From Candidatus Sericytochromatia bacterium (GTDB lineage Bacteria > Cyanobacteriota > Sericytochromatia > S15B-MN24 > UBA4093): DNA of 24,000 bases. The notes beneath the pieces are model-generated. The model did no database searches, was not told the origin of the DNA, and saw only the letters and a list, made by a program, of their open reading frames with translations. The stretch is from positions 15,185-39,184 of the forward strand of contig JAKFBU010000076.1 in assembly GCA_036676985.1 (NCBI GenBank), given 5' to 3'. Positions 1 through 8,460 of the stretch are shown here, piece after piece (within the stretch, counting starts at the first letter, position 1; every line of letters starts with the position of its first letter). The translations under genes were made by a program, and so were the position numbers.

Positions 1-167
1 GTCAGGCCGAGGCCTTCATTCTCGACGGAGACGTCACCAAGCGTCTCTTCGCCGAGATCGCTCCTCAGTATCGCGAGCGTTCGGGCGGTTACACGCAGAT
101 CGTCAAGACGGAGCCCCGTCGCGGCGATGGCGCGCCCCAGGCGATCGTGATGCTGGTCGAGGCCTAA
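1..167 (+). CDS. rplQ: 50S ribosomal protein L17, C-terminal fragment (5' end outside window)
   Basis: Frame starting at base 3 reads [54 protein letters not shown] ending at 167; the GGYT-I-K---RRGD-A block is typical of L17, and truA-rplM-rpsI follow. Confidence 0.93.
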   Translation, partial: QAEAFILDGDVTKRLFAEIAPQYRERSGGYTQIVKTEPRRGDGAPQAIVMLVEA

Positions 168-185
168 CGCCTCCCGAGGGGTTCC

Positions 186-968
186 GTGCGTAACATCGCC
201 CTGCGCGTCGGTTACGACGGGACCCACTTCGCCGGCTTCCAGCGTCAAGCCACGGACCGCACGGTCCAGGGCGCGCTCGAGGAAGCCCTCACCCGTCTGA
301 CGGGCAACAGCTTGCAAGAGCTGCGGTTCGCGGGCGCGGGGAGGACGGATGCCGGCGTCCACGCAAGTGGGATGGTGGTGAATTTCCGCACCACCAAGGG
401 TTTGGAGGACGAGACGTGGGTGAGGGCGCTCAACGCGCTGACACCCGACGACGTCGCCGTCCTCGGAGCCCGGGAGGTCGATGAGGCCTTCCACAGCCGC
501 TTCTCGGCGACCGCGCGATCGTACCGGTACGTGGTGCTGGCACGGAGGACCCCGGACCCCCTCCGCCGCTTCACGAGCCACTGGGAGCCCCGGCCCATGC
601 CCGAGGTGCCCGCGATGATCGAGGCGTTTGCCGGACTGGTGGGCACGTCCGACTTCACGGCCTTCGGGTCGACGGGGTCGAACGAACGGAGCCCGGTGTG
701 CACGGTACACCGAGCCGAGGCCCGGCTCGAGGACGACATGCTCGTGTTCGAGATCACCGCCCAGAGCTTCCTTTACCACATGGTGCGGCGGCTCGTGGGG
801 ACGGCCTTGGAAGTGGCGAAGGGAAGGTTGGACAAGCGGGAGTTCGCGGCCCTGTACCGCGCGCCCGGCAGCAGTGGGTTCGTCCCGCTGACGGCCCCCG
901 CTCATGGCCTGATCTTTATGAGTGCAACTTATCCCCCGCCTTATGCGGGGTTAAACGGACCCTTTTAG
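186..968 (+). CDS. truA: tRNA pseudouridine(38-40) synthase TruA
   Basis: GTG start; [12 protein letters not shown], catalytic-Asp motif [10 protein letters not shown], and [13 protein letters not shown] are TruA signatures. Confidence 0.97.
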   Translation: MRNIALRVGYDGTHFAGFQRQATDRTVQGALEEALTRLTGNSLQELRFAGAGRTDAGVHASGMVVNFRTTKGLEDETWVRALNALTPDDVAVLGAREVDEAFHSRFSATARSYRYVVLARRTPDPLRRFTSHWEPRPMPEVPAMIEAFAGLVGTSDFTAFGSTGSNERSPVCTVHRAEARLEDDMLVFEITAQSFLYHMVRRLVGTALEVAKGRLDKREFAALYRAPGSSGFVPLTAPAHGLIFMSATYPPPYAGLNGPF

Positions 969-978
969 GAGGAACGAC

Positions 979-1413
979 GTGAAAACCTACATCGCCAAGC
1001 CGGAGGACATCACCCGGCAGTGGTATGTGATCGACGCCGAAGGCCAGACCCTGGGCCGTTTGGCGACCGTCGTCGCCGACCTGCTCCGGGGGAAGGGCAA
1101 GCCCCTCTTCACCCCGAACGTGGACTGCGGCGACTTCGTGATCATCGTCAACGCGGAGAAGATCCAGGTGACCGGCAAGAAGGTCACGGACAAGAAGTAC
1201 ATCCACCACACCATGTGGCCCGGTGGCTATCGTGAGACCACCTTCGAGAAGCTCATCAAGGCTCACCCCGAGCGGGTGATCGAGCACGCGGTGCGCGGCA
1301 TGCTGCCGCACAGCCGTCTCGGCCGCGCCATCTACGGCAAGCTCAAGGTTTACGCCGGTGCGCAGCATCCGCACGCCGCGCAGCAGCCCCAGGCGTTCGA
1401 GCTGAAGAAGTAA
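979..1413 (+). CDS. rplM: 50S ribosomal protein L13
   Basis: [32 protein letters not shown] and [24 protein letters not shown] are L13 motifs; followed by rpsI. Confidence 0.98.
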   Translation: MKTYIAKPEDITRQWYVIDAEGQTLGRLATVVADLLRGKGKPLFTPNVDCGDFVIIVNAEKIQVTGKKVTDKKYIHHTMWPGGYRETTFEKLIKAHPERVIEHAVRGMLPHSRLGRAIYGKLKVYAGAQHPHAAQQPQAFELKK

Positions 1414-1425
1414 GGAGAATCTAGC

Positions 1426-1833
1426 GTGGCAACCAAGACCAAGACTGCCGCTTATTGGGGCACCGGTCGTCGCAAGACGGCGATCGCCCGTGTCCGCCTG
1501 GTGCCCGGCACCGGCACCGTGACCATCAATGAGCGTCCGCTCGACAACTACGTCGGCTACCGCTCGGTCCTCATTCGCGAAGTGGGCCTGCCCCTCGAGG
1601 CGACCAACAACGCGGGCCGCTACGACGTGCACGTGCGCGTCGCGGGCGGCGGGGTGACCTCGCAGGTCGGCGCCATCCGCCTCGGCGTGGCCCGTGCCCT
1701 GCTCAAGGTCGATCCCGAGTACCGCAGCAACCTGCGCGCCGAGGATCTGCTCACCCGCGATCCCCGCGCCAAGGAGCGCAAGAAGTACGGCCGCAAGAAG
1801 GCCCGTAAGCGCTTCCAGTTCTCGAAGCGCTAA
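1426..1833 (+). CDS. rpsI: 30S ribosomal protein S9
   Basis: GTG start; [16 protein letters not shown]...[19 protein letters not shown]...[19 protein letters not shown] is characteristic of S9. Confidence 0.99.
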   Translation: MATKTKTAAYWGTGRRKTAIARVRLVPGTGTVTINERPLDNYVGYRSVLIREVGLPLEATNNAGRYDVHVRVAGGGVTSQVGAIRLGVARALLKVDPEYRSNLRAEDLLTRDPRAKERKKYGRKKARKRFQFSKR

Positions 1834-1849
1834 GCGTTTCGATCGCAAG

Positions 1850-1878
1850 GACCCCTGCCATTCCGGCAGGGGTCTTTT
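1850..1878 (+). terminator. Rho-independent terminator after rpsI
   Basis: GACCCCTGCC (1850-1859), loop ATTCC, GGCAGGGGTC (1865-1874), then TTTT. Confidence 0.93.
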
Positions 1879-1947
1879 CGTGCGCCGATTACGTCAGGTA
1901 CGCTCCGGGTATGCAAGGGAGGGAAATCCTGTCGGGGAGGGAGCGAG

Positions 1948-2736
1948 ATGTCCGAACAGCGGAGCGGGAAGAGCCGGCCGGTCAGCCTGGCCATCAGCCC
2001 CGGCATGCTGCTCGAGTCCGAGGGCGCCCATGAGTACGCGCACGGGGTCCAGGAGCGCCTCGACCACTGCGCCGACTACTACCTGCCCTTCACGCTCGTC
2101 GGCATCTACCTCGACGACGTGCCCATCGGCACGGGCAGCCTGCTCAACACCGACCTGCGCAGCCAGCTCTTCGCCCGCGCCAAGACGCTCATCCAGCGCT
2201 CGGTCCGCTCGACGATCAACGAGCGGCGCAAGATGACGGACGGCCTCTACCGCATCGATCCCCTCTACGTGGTCGCCCTCTGCAACGCGGACCGTACGAA
2301 CCACCTCATCCCCGTGGGCCGGATCATCGAGGCGCTGCGCCAGGCGAGCATGATCAACGAGCTCAACGGCCGCTCGACCTTCCGGCGCCGGATCGTGGTG
2401 GGCACCGTGAGCATGGATCCGCGCCAGGGCATGCGCACCATCCCGGATCTCACCGAGCGCCTGGTCGAGGCGGTCTACAAGGCCATCGAGGCTCCGCACC
2501 CGGATGCCTGCGAGCGCATGCGCATCGGCAAGTCCATGCACGACGAGATCCTCTACCACGACCTCGCGGTGGGCGAGGAGCGGGTGAGCCCGGCGCACGC
2601 CATCCCCCGCTCCGGCACCGCCCCCATCGCCAAGTCCGCCTCCGGGCCCATCTCGAGCCGCGCGGCCGTCCCGGTCCGCAGCGCCTCGGCGGCCAAGGAG
2701 AATGACCCGAAAAAACCCTTCTGGCGCTTCTGGTAG
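1948..2736 (+). CDS. Uncharacterised protein with probable degenerate GGDEF-like domain
   Basis: ATG start. FTLVGIYLDDVPI...SQLFARAKTLIQRSVRS...DGLYRIDPLYVVALCNADRTNHLIPVGRIIEALRQ...RRIVVGTVSMDPRQGMRTIPDLTERLVEAVYKAI follows the layout of GGDEF domains, with the signature replaced by IDPLY. Confidence 0.6.
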   Translation: MSEQRSGKSRPVSLAISPGMLLESEGAHEYAHGVQERLDHCADYYLPFTLVGIYLDDVPIGTGSLLNTDLRSQLFARAKTLIQRSVRSTINERRKMTDGLYRIDPLYVVALCNADRTNHLIPVGRIIEALRQASMINELNGRSTFRRRIVVGTVSMDPRQGMRTIPDLTERLVEAVYKAIEAPHPDACERMRIGKSMHDEILYHDLAVGEERVSPAHAIPRSGTAPIAKSASGPISSRAAVPVRSASAAKENDPKKPFWRFW

Positions 2737-2765
2737 CGCCTCGCGCCCCGACCATAGGAGGAACG

Positions 2766-4388
2766 TTGGACCTCAAGCTCCCCGGCACCGTCTTTGCTCT
2801 CTTGTCCCTCACGCTCACCATGGGCGCCGCCAAGGCCCCCGAGCTGCCCACCCATCCCCCCGCCACCCCCGAAGAGACCGCACGCGTCATCGAGGCGTTC
2901 CGGAACGCTGCCGCCCGCTCGCTGAGCGATCGCTCCGGCGACCTCTTCGCCCTTCCCGCCAAGTACTCCTTTGTCACCGAGACGGGGCACATGGTCGTGA
3001 AGAAGGCGCACGTGCGCGGCCAGACCCTCGCCATGATGGGCACCTCCCACGGCACGAGCTGGGAGTACGACACGCACATCCCCATCGTTCTCTGGGGCCC
3101 CGGCTTCATCAAGCCGGGCGTCCGCACGCCCGCTCCGGCCCAGCAGCAGGACCTGGTTCCGACCTTCGCCCAGCTGATGGGCGCGGTGCCCCCGGCGGAT
3201 GCCTACGGCCGGGTCCTCGGTGAGGCCCTCCTGCCCACCCAGAAGCGCCCCAAGGTCATCCTCACGGTCGTCTTCGACCAGGGCGGCGAGGATTACTACC
3301 GGGCGCACCCGGGCGTCACGCCGCGGCTCGATCGCTTCAAGCGCGAAGGCACCTACTTCACCGAGACGCGCATCACCCACGTGGACACCGAGACGGGCAT
3401 CGGCCATGCCGCCATCGGCACCGGAGCCTGGCCGAGCACCACGGGCATCTCGAGCAACAACATCTGGCTGCGCGGCATGGGCGCTCGCCGCTACTCGTTC
3501 GAGGGTGAGCAGGGCTCATCGCCCATCTTCCTGAACAGCCCGACCCTGGGCGATGCCTGGCTGCGCCAGACCGACAACAAGGCGCTCCTGCTCGGCTACT
3601 GCTACGCGGACCGCGCCGCCATCGGCATGGCGGGCCACGGCTCCATGTACCGCGGCAACAAGAAGCCCTGGGTCGTCTTCTACGACGAGAAGAAGGGCGA
3701 GCTCACCACCAACGAGGCCTACTACGAGCTGCCGGCCTACCTGAAGGGCGCAAGCCCCAAGCAGCGCTACGACGAGCTGACGAAGGGCACCGGCCAGTGG
3801 ATGGGCCATGCGATCGACGCCAAGTCGGCGGTCCGCAACACCCCGGCCTACGCGGCCTTCGACGGCGACAACATCGTCAAGCTCATCGAGCAGGAGCCCT
3901 TCGGCGCGGACGACGTCACGGACCTCATGTTCGTGACGCTCAAGTCCACCGACGCCTGCGGCCACGCCTTCGGCCACGAGTCGGACGAGGCGGGCGCGGT
4001 GCTCGCCGAGCAGGACAAGCAGTTCGGCCGGATCCTCGACGCCCTGACGGCCAAGGTCGGCAAGGACAACGTCGTGGTCGCCTTCACGGCGGACCACGGC
4101 AGCGCTCCTCTGGTCGAGCTCACGGGCGGCAAGCGCCTGAGCGATCGCAAGCTCCTCGCGGATCTCAACCGCCAGGTCGACAAGGTCGCCAACGGCGTGA
4201 GCGTCTTCGAGTACGCCTCGGCGACCCAGCTCTTCGTCAACGAGACGGAGCGCCAGCGGAACAAGCTGACCTACCAGGACCTCAAGGCGGCCGTGCTCGC
4301 CTACCAGGTGGACGGCAAGCCGTTCTTCGTCGACGTCTTGACCCGCCCCGAGGCCCTCGAGCGCATCAAGCGCTTCCTGGTTCCCTAG
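2766..4388 (+). CDS. Secreted PafA-like alkaline phosphatase superfamily protein with apparent permuted domain order
   Basis: TTG start after AGGAGG; signal-peptide-like N-terminus MDLKLPGTVFALLSLTLTMGAAKA; metal and nucleophile motifs VVFDQGGEDYY, TETGIGHAAIGTGAWPSTTGISSNN, DACGHAFGHESDE, VVVAFTADHGSAP; GTSHGTSWEYDTHIPIVLWG lies N-terminal instead of C-terminal. Confidence 0.85.
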   Translation: MDLKLPGTVFALLSLTLTMGAAKAPELPTHPPATPEETARVIEAFRNAAARSLSDRSGDLFALPAKYSFVTETGHMVVKKAHVRGQTLAMMGTSHGTSWEYDTHIPIVLWGPGFIKPGVRTPAPAQQQDLVPTFAQLMGAVPPADAYGRVLGEALLPTQKRPKVILTVVFDQGGEDYYRAHPGVTPRLDRFKREGTYFTETRITHVDTETGIGHAAIGTGAWPSTTGISSNNIWLRGMGARRYSFEGEQGSSPIFLNSPTLGDAWLRQTDNKALLLGYCYADRAAIGMAGHGSMYRGNKKPWVVFYDEKKGELTTNEAYYELPAYLKGASPKQRYDELTKGTGQWMGHAIDAKSAVRNTPAYAAFDGDNIVKLIEQEPFGADDVTDLMFVTLKSTDACGHAFGHESDEAGAVLAEQDKQFGRILDALTAKVGKDNVVVAFTADHGSAPLVELTGGKRLSDRKLLADLNRQVDKVANGVSVFEYASATQLFVNETERQRNKLTYQDLKAAVLAYQVDGKPFFVDVLTRPEALERIKRFLVP

Positions 4389-4402
4389 AATATCTCGCCC
4401 AC

Positions 4403-4438
4403 GTTCCGTACCGCCTACCTGGGTAGGCGGTACGGAAC
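4403..4438. repeat. Perfect 17-bp inverted repeat hairpin after phosphatase gene
   Basis: GTTCCGTACCGCCTACC (4403-4419), TG, GGTAGGCGGTACGGAAC (4422-4438); no strong U-tract on either side. Confidence 0.85.
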
Positions 4439-4462
4439 CCGCGTCCTGGTGCGCTCCGACCC

Positions 4463-4477
4463 ACCTCCAGAGGAGGT
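4463..4477 (+). promoter_or_regulatory. Small hairpin that can sequester a Shine-Dalgarno
   Basis: ACCTCC (4463-4468), AGA, GGAGGT (4472-4477); the right arm is an SD four bases upstream of ATG 4481. Confidence 0.4.
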
Positions 4478-4480
4478 ACA

Positions 4481-4519
4481 ATGGGGCGTCCCCAGCTTGT
4501 TGAAGGAGTTGCCCCATGA
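4481..4519 (+). CDS. Candidate 12-codon upstream ORF, MGRPQLVEGVAP
   Basis: ATG preceded by AGGAGGT at 4471-4477; TGA stop 4517-4519 overlaps the aminotransferase ATG 4516-4518 in an ATGA arrangement. Confidence 0.35.
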   Translation: MGRPQLVEGVAP

Positions 4520-5682
4520 CCGACCAGATGCGCATCATGCTGCCCGGTCCCACCCCCTGTCCGAGCTCCGCCCTGCGGGAGATGAGCCGGCCGATGATCA
4601 ACCACCGCGGCAAGGAGTTCTCCGCGATGCTGGAGCGCATCACCGAGGACCTGAAGTGGGCCTACCAGACGCGGAATGACGTCCTCATCCTCACGACCTC
4701 GGGCACCGGCGCCATGGAGAGCGCCATCGTCAACATGCTGAGCCCGGGCGATCGCGTCCTCGCCCTCATCTCGGGCGAGTTCGGCAAGCGCTTCGCCAAG
4801 ATCGCCGAGACCTACGGCGCGGTGGTCGACACGGTCGAGGCCGTCTACGGCGAGCCCATCCTGCCCGCCATGGTCGAGGAGAAGCTGCGCGGCGTCACCT
4901 ACAAGGCCGTGCTCTGCACCCACAACGAGACCTCGACCTCGCTGCTCAACCCCATGAAGGAGATCGCGGCCGTCATCCGGCGCGAGTGCCCGGACGCCCT
5001 CATCCTGGTGGACTCGGTCTCGGGCCTGGGCACCGCGCCCTTGGCCGTCGACGAGCTGGACCTGGACGTGGTGCTCGCCGGCGCTCAGAAGGCCTTCATG
5101 ATTCCGCCCGGCCTGGCCTTCGCGGCCGTGAGCCCGCGCGCCTGGGCCGCGCACGCGCAGGCCAAGATGCCCCGCTTCTACTTCGACTACACCAAGGCCC
5201 GTGAGTTCGCCAAGAAGGGGCAGACCCCCTGGACCCCCGCCATCTCGCTGTTCTTCGCCCTCGAAGAGGCGCTCGGCATGCTGAAGAAAGAGGGCCTGGA
5301 CGCCATCTTCGCGCGGCACGAGCTGCTCATGCGCATGATCCGCGCTGGCGCCAAGGCGCTCGGCCTGCGCCTGGTGGTCGAGGACGACACCTACGCCTCG
5401 CGCGCCGTCACGGGCATCTTCCCGCCCGAGGGCATCCACCCCGGCGACCTGCGCAAGGTCATGCAGGACCGCTTCGGCTACGTGGTCGCGGGCGGCCAGG
5501 GTCCGCTCACCGAGAGCATCTTCCGGATCGGGCACTGCGGGTACTACGACGCGGCGGACATGCTGGGCATGCTCTCCGTGCTCGAGGCCTCGCTCTCGAT
5601 CATGGGGGCCAAGATCCAGCCCGGAGCGGCGGTGGCAGCGGCCGAGGCCGTCCTCGCCGAGCGCCAGGCCGTCACCCGCTAG
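4516..5682 (+). CDS. Pyridoxal-phosphate-dependent class-V aminotransferase (serine-glyoxylate aminotransferase / soluble hydrogenase small subunit-like)
   Basis: LPGPTPCPSSALREMSRPMINHRGKEF, TSGTGAMESAIVNMLSPGDRVL, HNETSTSLLNP, LVDSVSGLG, LAGAQKAFMIPPGLAF (PLP-Lys), FRIGHCG; SD AAGGAG upstream; serA follows. Confidence 0.92.
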   Translation: MTDQMRIMLPGPTPCPSSALREMSRPMINHRGKEFSAMLERITEDLKWAYQTRNDVLILTTSGTGAMESAIVNMLSPGDRVLALISGEFGKRFAKIAETYGAVVDTVEAVYGEPILPAMVEEKLRGVTYKAVLCTHNETSTSLLNPMKEIAAVIRRECPDALILVDSVSGLGTAPLAVDELDLDVVLAGAQKAFMIPPGLAFAAVSPRAWAAHAQAKMPRFYFDYTKAREFAKKGQTPWTPAISLFFALEEALGMLKKEGLDAIFARHELLMRMIRAGAKALGLRLVVEDDTYASRAVTGIFPPEGIHPGDLRKVMQDRFGYVVAGGQGPLTESIFRIGHCGYYDAADMLGMLSVLEASLSIMGAKIQPGAAVAAAEAVLAERQAVTR

Positions 5683-5707
5683 CGCCCGCGCCTCATAAGG
5701 AGCAACG

Positions 5708-7339
5708 ATGACCTTCACGTCCACCCCCTCCGAGCAGCAGCGCGTGGGCCAGGCGGGCCCCTTCAACGTCCTGGTCCTGGACCGGGTCGATCCGGCGGGC
5801 CTCGCCATCCTGGGGGACATCGCCCAGGTCGATGCCCGGGACGCGGTCGCGCCCGACGAGCTCTTGCGGATCATCGGGAACTACGACGCGCTGATGGTCC
5901 GCTCGGCCACCAAGGTCACCCAGGAGGTGATCGAGGCGGGCACCCGCCTCAAGATCATCGGCCGGGCGGGCGTGGGCGTGGACAACATCGACGTGGGCGC
6001 CGCCACCAAGCGGGGCATCATCGTCGTCAACTCGCCAGAGGGCAACACGGTGGCGGCCGCAGAGCATGCGATCGCCCTCATGTTCGCCCTCGCGCGCCAC
6101 GTGCCCATGGCGGACGCCGCCATGAAGCAAGGCGAGTGGAAGCGCGAGCGCTACACCGGCCACGAGCTCTACCACAAGACGCTCGGCATCATCGGGCTCG
6201 GCAAGATCGGCAGCCGGGTCGCCAAGGTGGCCAATGCCGTCGGCATGCGCGTCCTCGGCTCGGATCCCTTCCTCACGCCCGAGCGGGCGCAGGAGCTGGG
6301 CGTCGAGCCCGTGGACTTCGAGACCTTGATCGCCCAGAGCGACTTCATCACGCTGCACGTGCCCAAGACGGCCGAGACCAGCAAGCTCTTCAACGCCGAG
6401 GTGCTCGCCCGCTGCAAGCAGGGCGTGTGCCTCATCAACTGCGCCCGGGGCGGGGTCATCGACGAGGCGGCCTTGGCGGACGCCATCGAGAGCGGGCATG
6501 TGGCGGGGGCGGCCCTGGACGTCTTCGAGAAGGAGCCCCTGGGCGAGAGCCCGCTGCGGGGCTTGGGCGATCGCATCATCCTCACGCCGCACCTGGGCGC
6601 CTCCACCGAGGAGGCCCAGATCAAGGTGGCCGTGGACGTGGCCGAGCAGATCGTCAGCGTCCTCAAGGGCGAGGGGGCGCGGTCGGCCGTCAACATCCCC
6701 ACCCTGCGTCCCGAGGTGGTGGAGCCGGTGCGGCCCTTCATGGGCCTGGCCGAGAAGCTCGGCAGCCTCGCCTCCCAGCTCCTGGACGGTCCCATCGAGC
6801 GGGTCGAGATCCTCTACCACGGCGGACTGGCGGCGAAGAACGTGGAGCCCCTGACGGTGGCGGCCCTCAAGGGGGCGCTCTCGCACGCGGTGCCGGAGGG
6901 CGTGAACTACGTCAACGCGCCCCTGGTGGCCAAGGAGCGGGGCGTCGAGGTTCGGGAGAGCCGTTCGAGCGAGTCCAAGGACTACGCGGACCTGATCGCG
7001 GTGGCGGTCATCGGCGGCGGTGGCTGGCACACGGTGGCGGGCACGGTCTTCGGCGAGGGCGACCCGCGGGTGGTGCGCATCGACGAGCATGCGTTCAACA
7101 TGAGCCCGGCGGGCGACGTCTTGATCGCGCCGCACCAGGACCGGCCGGGGGCCATCGGCACCATCGGGACGCTCTTGGGCGAGCTCGGGATCAACATCAA
7201 CGGCTTCCAGCTGGGTCGAAAGTACAAGAAGGGCCCTGCGGTGATGGTGCTCAACGTGGACGACGCCATCTCGCCCGAGGCGATCAAGCGCATCTGTGCG
7301 CTGGAGGGGTTCCATGACGTTCGGTTCGTGACGCTCTGA
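5708..7339 (+). CDS. serA: D-3-phosphoglycerate dehydrogenase with C-terminal ACT domain
   Basis: NAD-binding TLGIIGLGKIGSRVAKVANAVGMRVLGSDPF, LHVPKTAETSKLFNAE, CARGGVIDEAAL, LTPHLGASTEEAQ; C-terminal DRPGAIGTIGTLLGELGININGFQLGR is the ACT domain. Confidence 0.97.
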   Translation: MTFTSTPSEQQRVGQAGPFNVLVLDRVDPAGLAILGDIAQVDARDAVAPDELLRIIGNYDALMVRSATKVTQEVIEAGTRLKIIGRAGVGVDNIDVGAATKRGIIVVNSPEGNTVAAAEHAIALMFALARHVPMADAAMKQGEWKRERYTGHELYHKTLGIIGLGKIGSRVAKVANAVGMRVLGSDPFLTPERAQELGVEPVDFETLIAQSDFITLHVPKTAETSKLFNAEVLARCKQGVCLINCARGGVIDEAALADAIESGHVAGAALDVFEKEPLGESPLRGLGDRIILTPHLGASTEEAQIKVAVDVAEQIVSVLKGEGARSAVNIPTLRPEVVEPVRPFMGLAEKLGSLASQLLDGPIERVEILYHGGLAAKNVEPLTVAALKGALSHAVPEGVNYVNAPLVAKERGVEVRESRSSESKDYADLIAVAVIGGGGWHTVAGTVFGEGDPRVVRIDEHAFNMSPAGDVLIAPHQDRPGAIGTIGTLLGELGININGFQLGRKYKKGPAVMVLNVDDAISPEAIKRICALEGFHDVRFVTL

Positions 7340-7340
7340 C

Positions 7341-7477
7341 CCCCCCTTCCCCCCCTGCTGCGCAAGGGGGGCACAAAGAGCCCGGCTGCGCCGGATTGTC
7401 GCCGCGAATCCCCCTGCAAGGCAGGGGGATTCGCCATGAAAAGCCCCCCTTGCCGAAGGCAGGGGGGGAAGGGGGGG
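7341..7477. repeat. Compound G/C-run palindrome in the serA convergent intergenic region
   Basis: Left arm CCCCCCTTCCCCCCCTGCTGCGCAAGGGGGGC (7341-7372) is near-reverse-complementary to right arm GCCCCCCTTGCCGAAGGCAGGGGGGGAAGGGGGG (7443-7476), enclosing a perfect 14-bp hairpin. Confidence 0.85.
7404..7434. terminator. Perfect 14-bp stem-loop inside the compound palindrome; possible bidirectional transcript-end hairpin without U-tract
   Basis: GCGAATCCCCCTGC (7404-7417), AAG, GCAGGGGGATTCGC (7421-7434), between convergent gene ends. Confidence 0.45.
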
Positions 7478-7496
7478 TGGTAACTCGGTCGGCGCT

Positions 7497-8297
7497 TCAG
7501 AGGATGATGGCGATGGGCAGCTTGCCGTTCTTCAGCGCGTCCTTGACCTTGTTCGCCTCGTCGTCCGCCAGGAGCAGATCCGCCCGGGTCGGGCCGAAGG
7601 CCCGCTTGGCCTTGAGCGACACCGGGCTCTCGCCCACGAAGGGCTTCGCCCCGTCCGGCACGTGGTAGTACGCGATGGGCGCATCCTCCGCCGTGAGCGC
7701 CTTGCCGCCCTGGTCGCGCACGCGGATCCGCAGCGCCGGCTGCGCCCCGGTGCCCCGGGCGTCGATCACGATCCCCGTCGGCTTGCCCTTGATGCTCTCG
7801 GTGGCCGCCGGCGTCGGGCCGAACACCACCCGCGCCAGGCTGGAGGGGCCGGCCAGGGGCAGCTCCAGCGTCACCTCCACCGAGCCGTCCGCCCAGTAGT
7901 GGGTGTCCACCGCGCGCGCCTCGCGCACCAGCTCGTTGATGCCGAGCCGCGTCTGGTCGTCCACGGCCGTCAGGTCCCGGACGAAGGCCGAGCCGTTGAC
8001 CCGCAGCTGATCCAGGCTCTCCGAGAGCCGTCGGTAGCCGTCGGCAAACGCGGTCCGCTTGGCCATCAGGCGGCGCTGGGTGAGCGTGCCGCGCTCGGGC
8101 GCCATGCCGATGCCCTTGATGCGGAGCACGAACCGGCTCCAGTCGATGGAGAGCCCGTCGTCGTCCTTCTCGATGAGCGCGTTGCCCGCCACTTCCAGCG
8201 AGGTCGTCGCCGCCGCACTGGCCGTCGCTTCCGCCGCATGGACGGGGCTCGAGATCAGCAGGGACAGGGCGAACAAGGGCGCGATCAAACGAAACAT
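7497..8297 (-). CDS. Exported protein with LPP20-like domain
   Basis: Start chosen at MFRLIAPLFALSLLISSPVHAAE (signal peptide) with AAGGAGAT upstream; RRLMAKRTAFADGYRRLSESLDQLRV...ARAVDTHYWADGSVEVTLELPL resembles LPP20-family repeats. Confidence 0.7.
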   Translation of the reverse strand: MFRLIAPLFALSLLISSPVHAAEATASAAATTSLEVAGNALIEKDDDGLSIDWSRFVLRIKGIGMAPERGTLTQRRLMAKRTAFADGYRRLSESLDQLRVNGSAFVRDLTAVDDQTRLGINELVREARAVDTHYWADGSVEVTLELPLAGPSSLARVVFGPTPAATESIKGKPTGIVIDARGTGAQPALRIRVRDQGGKALTAEDAPIAYYHVPDGAKPFVGESPVSLKAKRAFGPTRADLLLADDEANKVKDALKNGKLPIAIIL

Positions 8298-8460
8298 AGG
8301 CGAAATCTCCTTCCGGGGCGCCTCTTTTATACCACGTTCGGACGTCATTCTGACGCCGGGAGCGGCCTGACCATCATCCCGGGCCGCGGGCGTTTTTCCT
8401 TGCCTGGACAGGCGGGGGAGCCCCTGCTAGGATGAGCACCCAACTGAAGGAGGTGCTCGC

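Noticed and set aside
5693-7315. 540-aa minus-strand ORF antisense to serA (also 4366..5874 -, 19494..21248 -, 916..1848 -, 8801..9913 -, 16023..17171 -)
   Set aside because: Long antisense ORFs are expected in high-GC DNA. Their translations are His/Arg/Gly/Asp-rich with no recognisable motifs, and the opposite strand holds clear conserved genes.
7341-7477. CRISPR array or integron-like site
   Set aside because: There is no series of equal-length direct repeats with unique spacers; the structure is nested inverted repeats.
7662-8435. 257-aa plus-strand ORF opposite the LPP20-like gene
   Set aside because: Arg/Gly/His-rich low-complexity translation; the minus-strand frame has a signal peptide and domain similarity.
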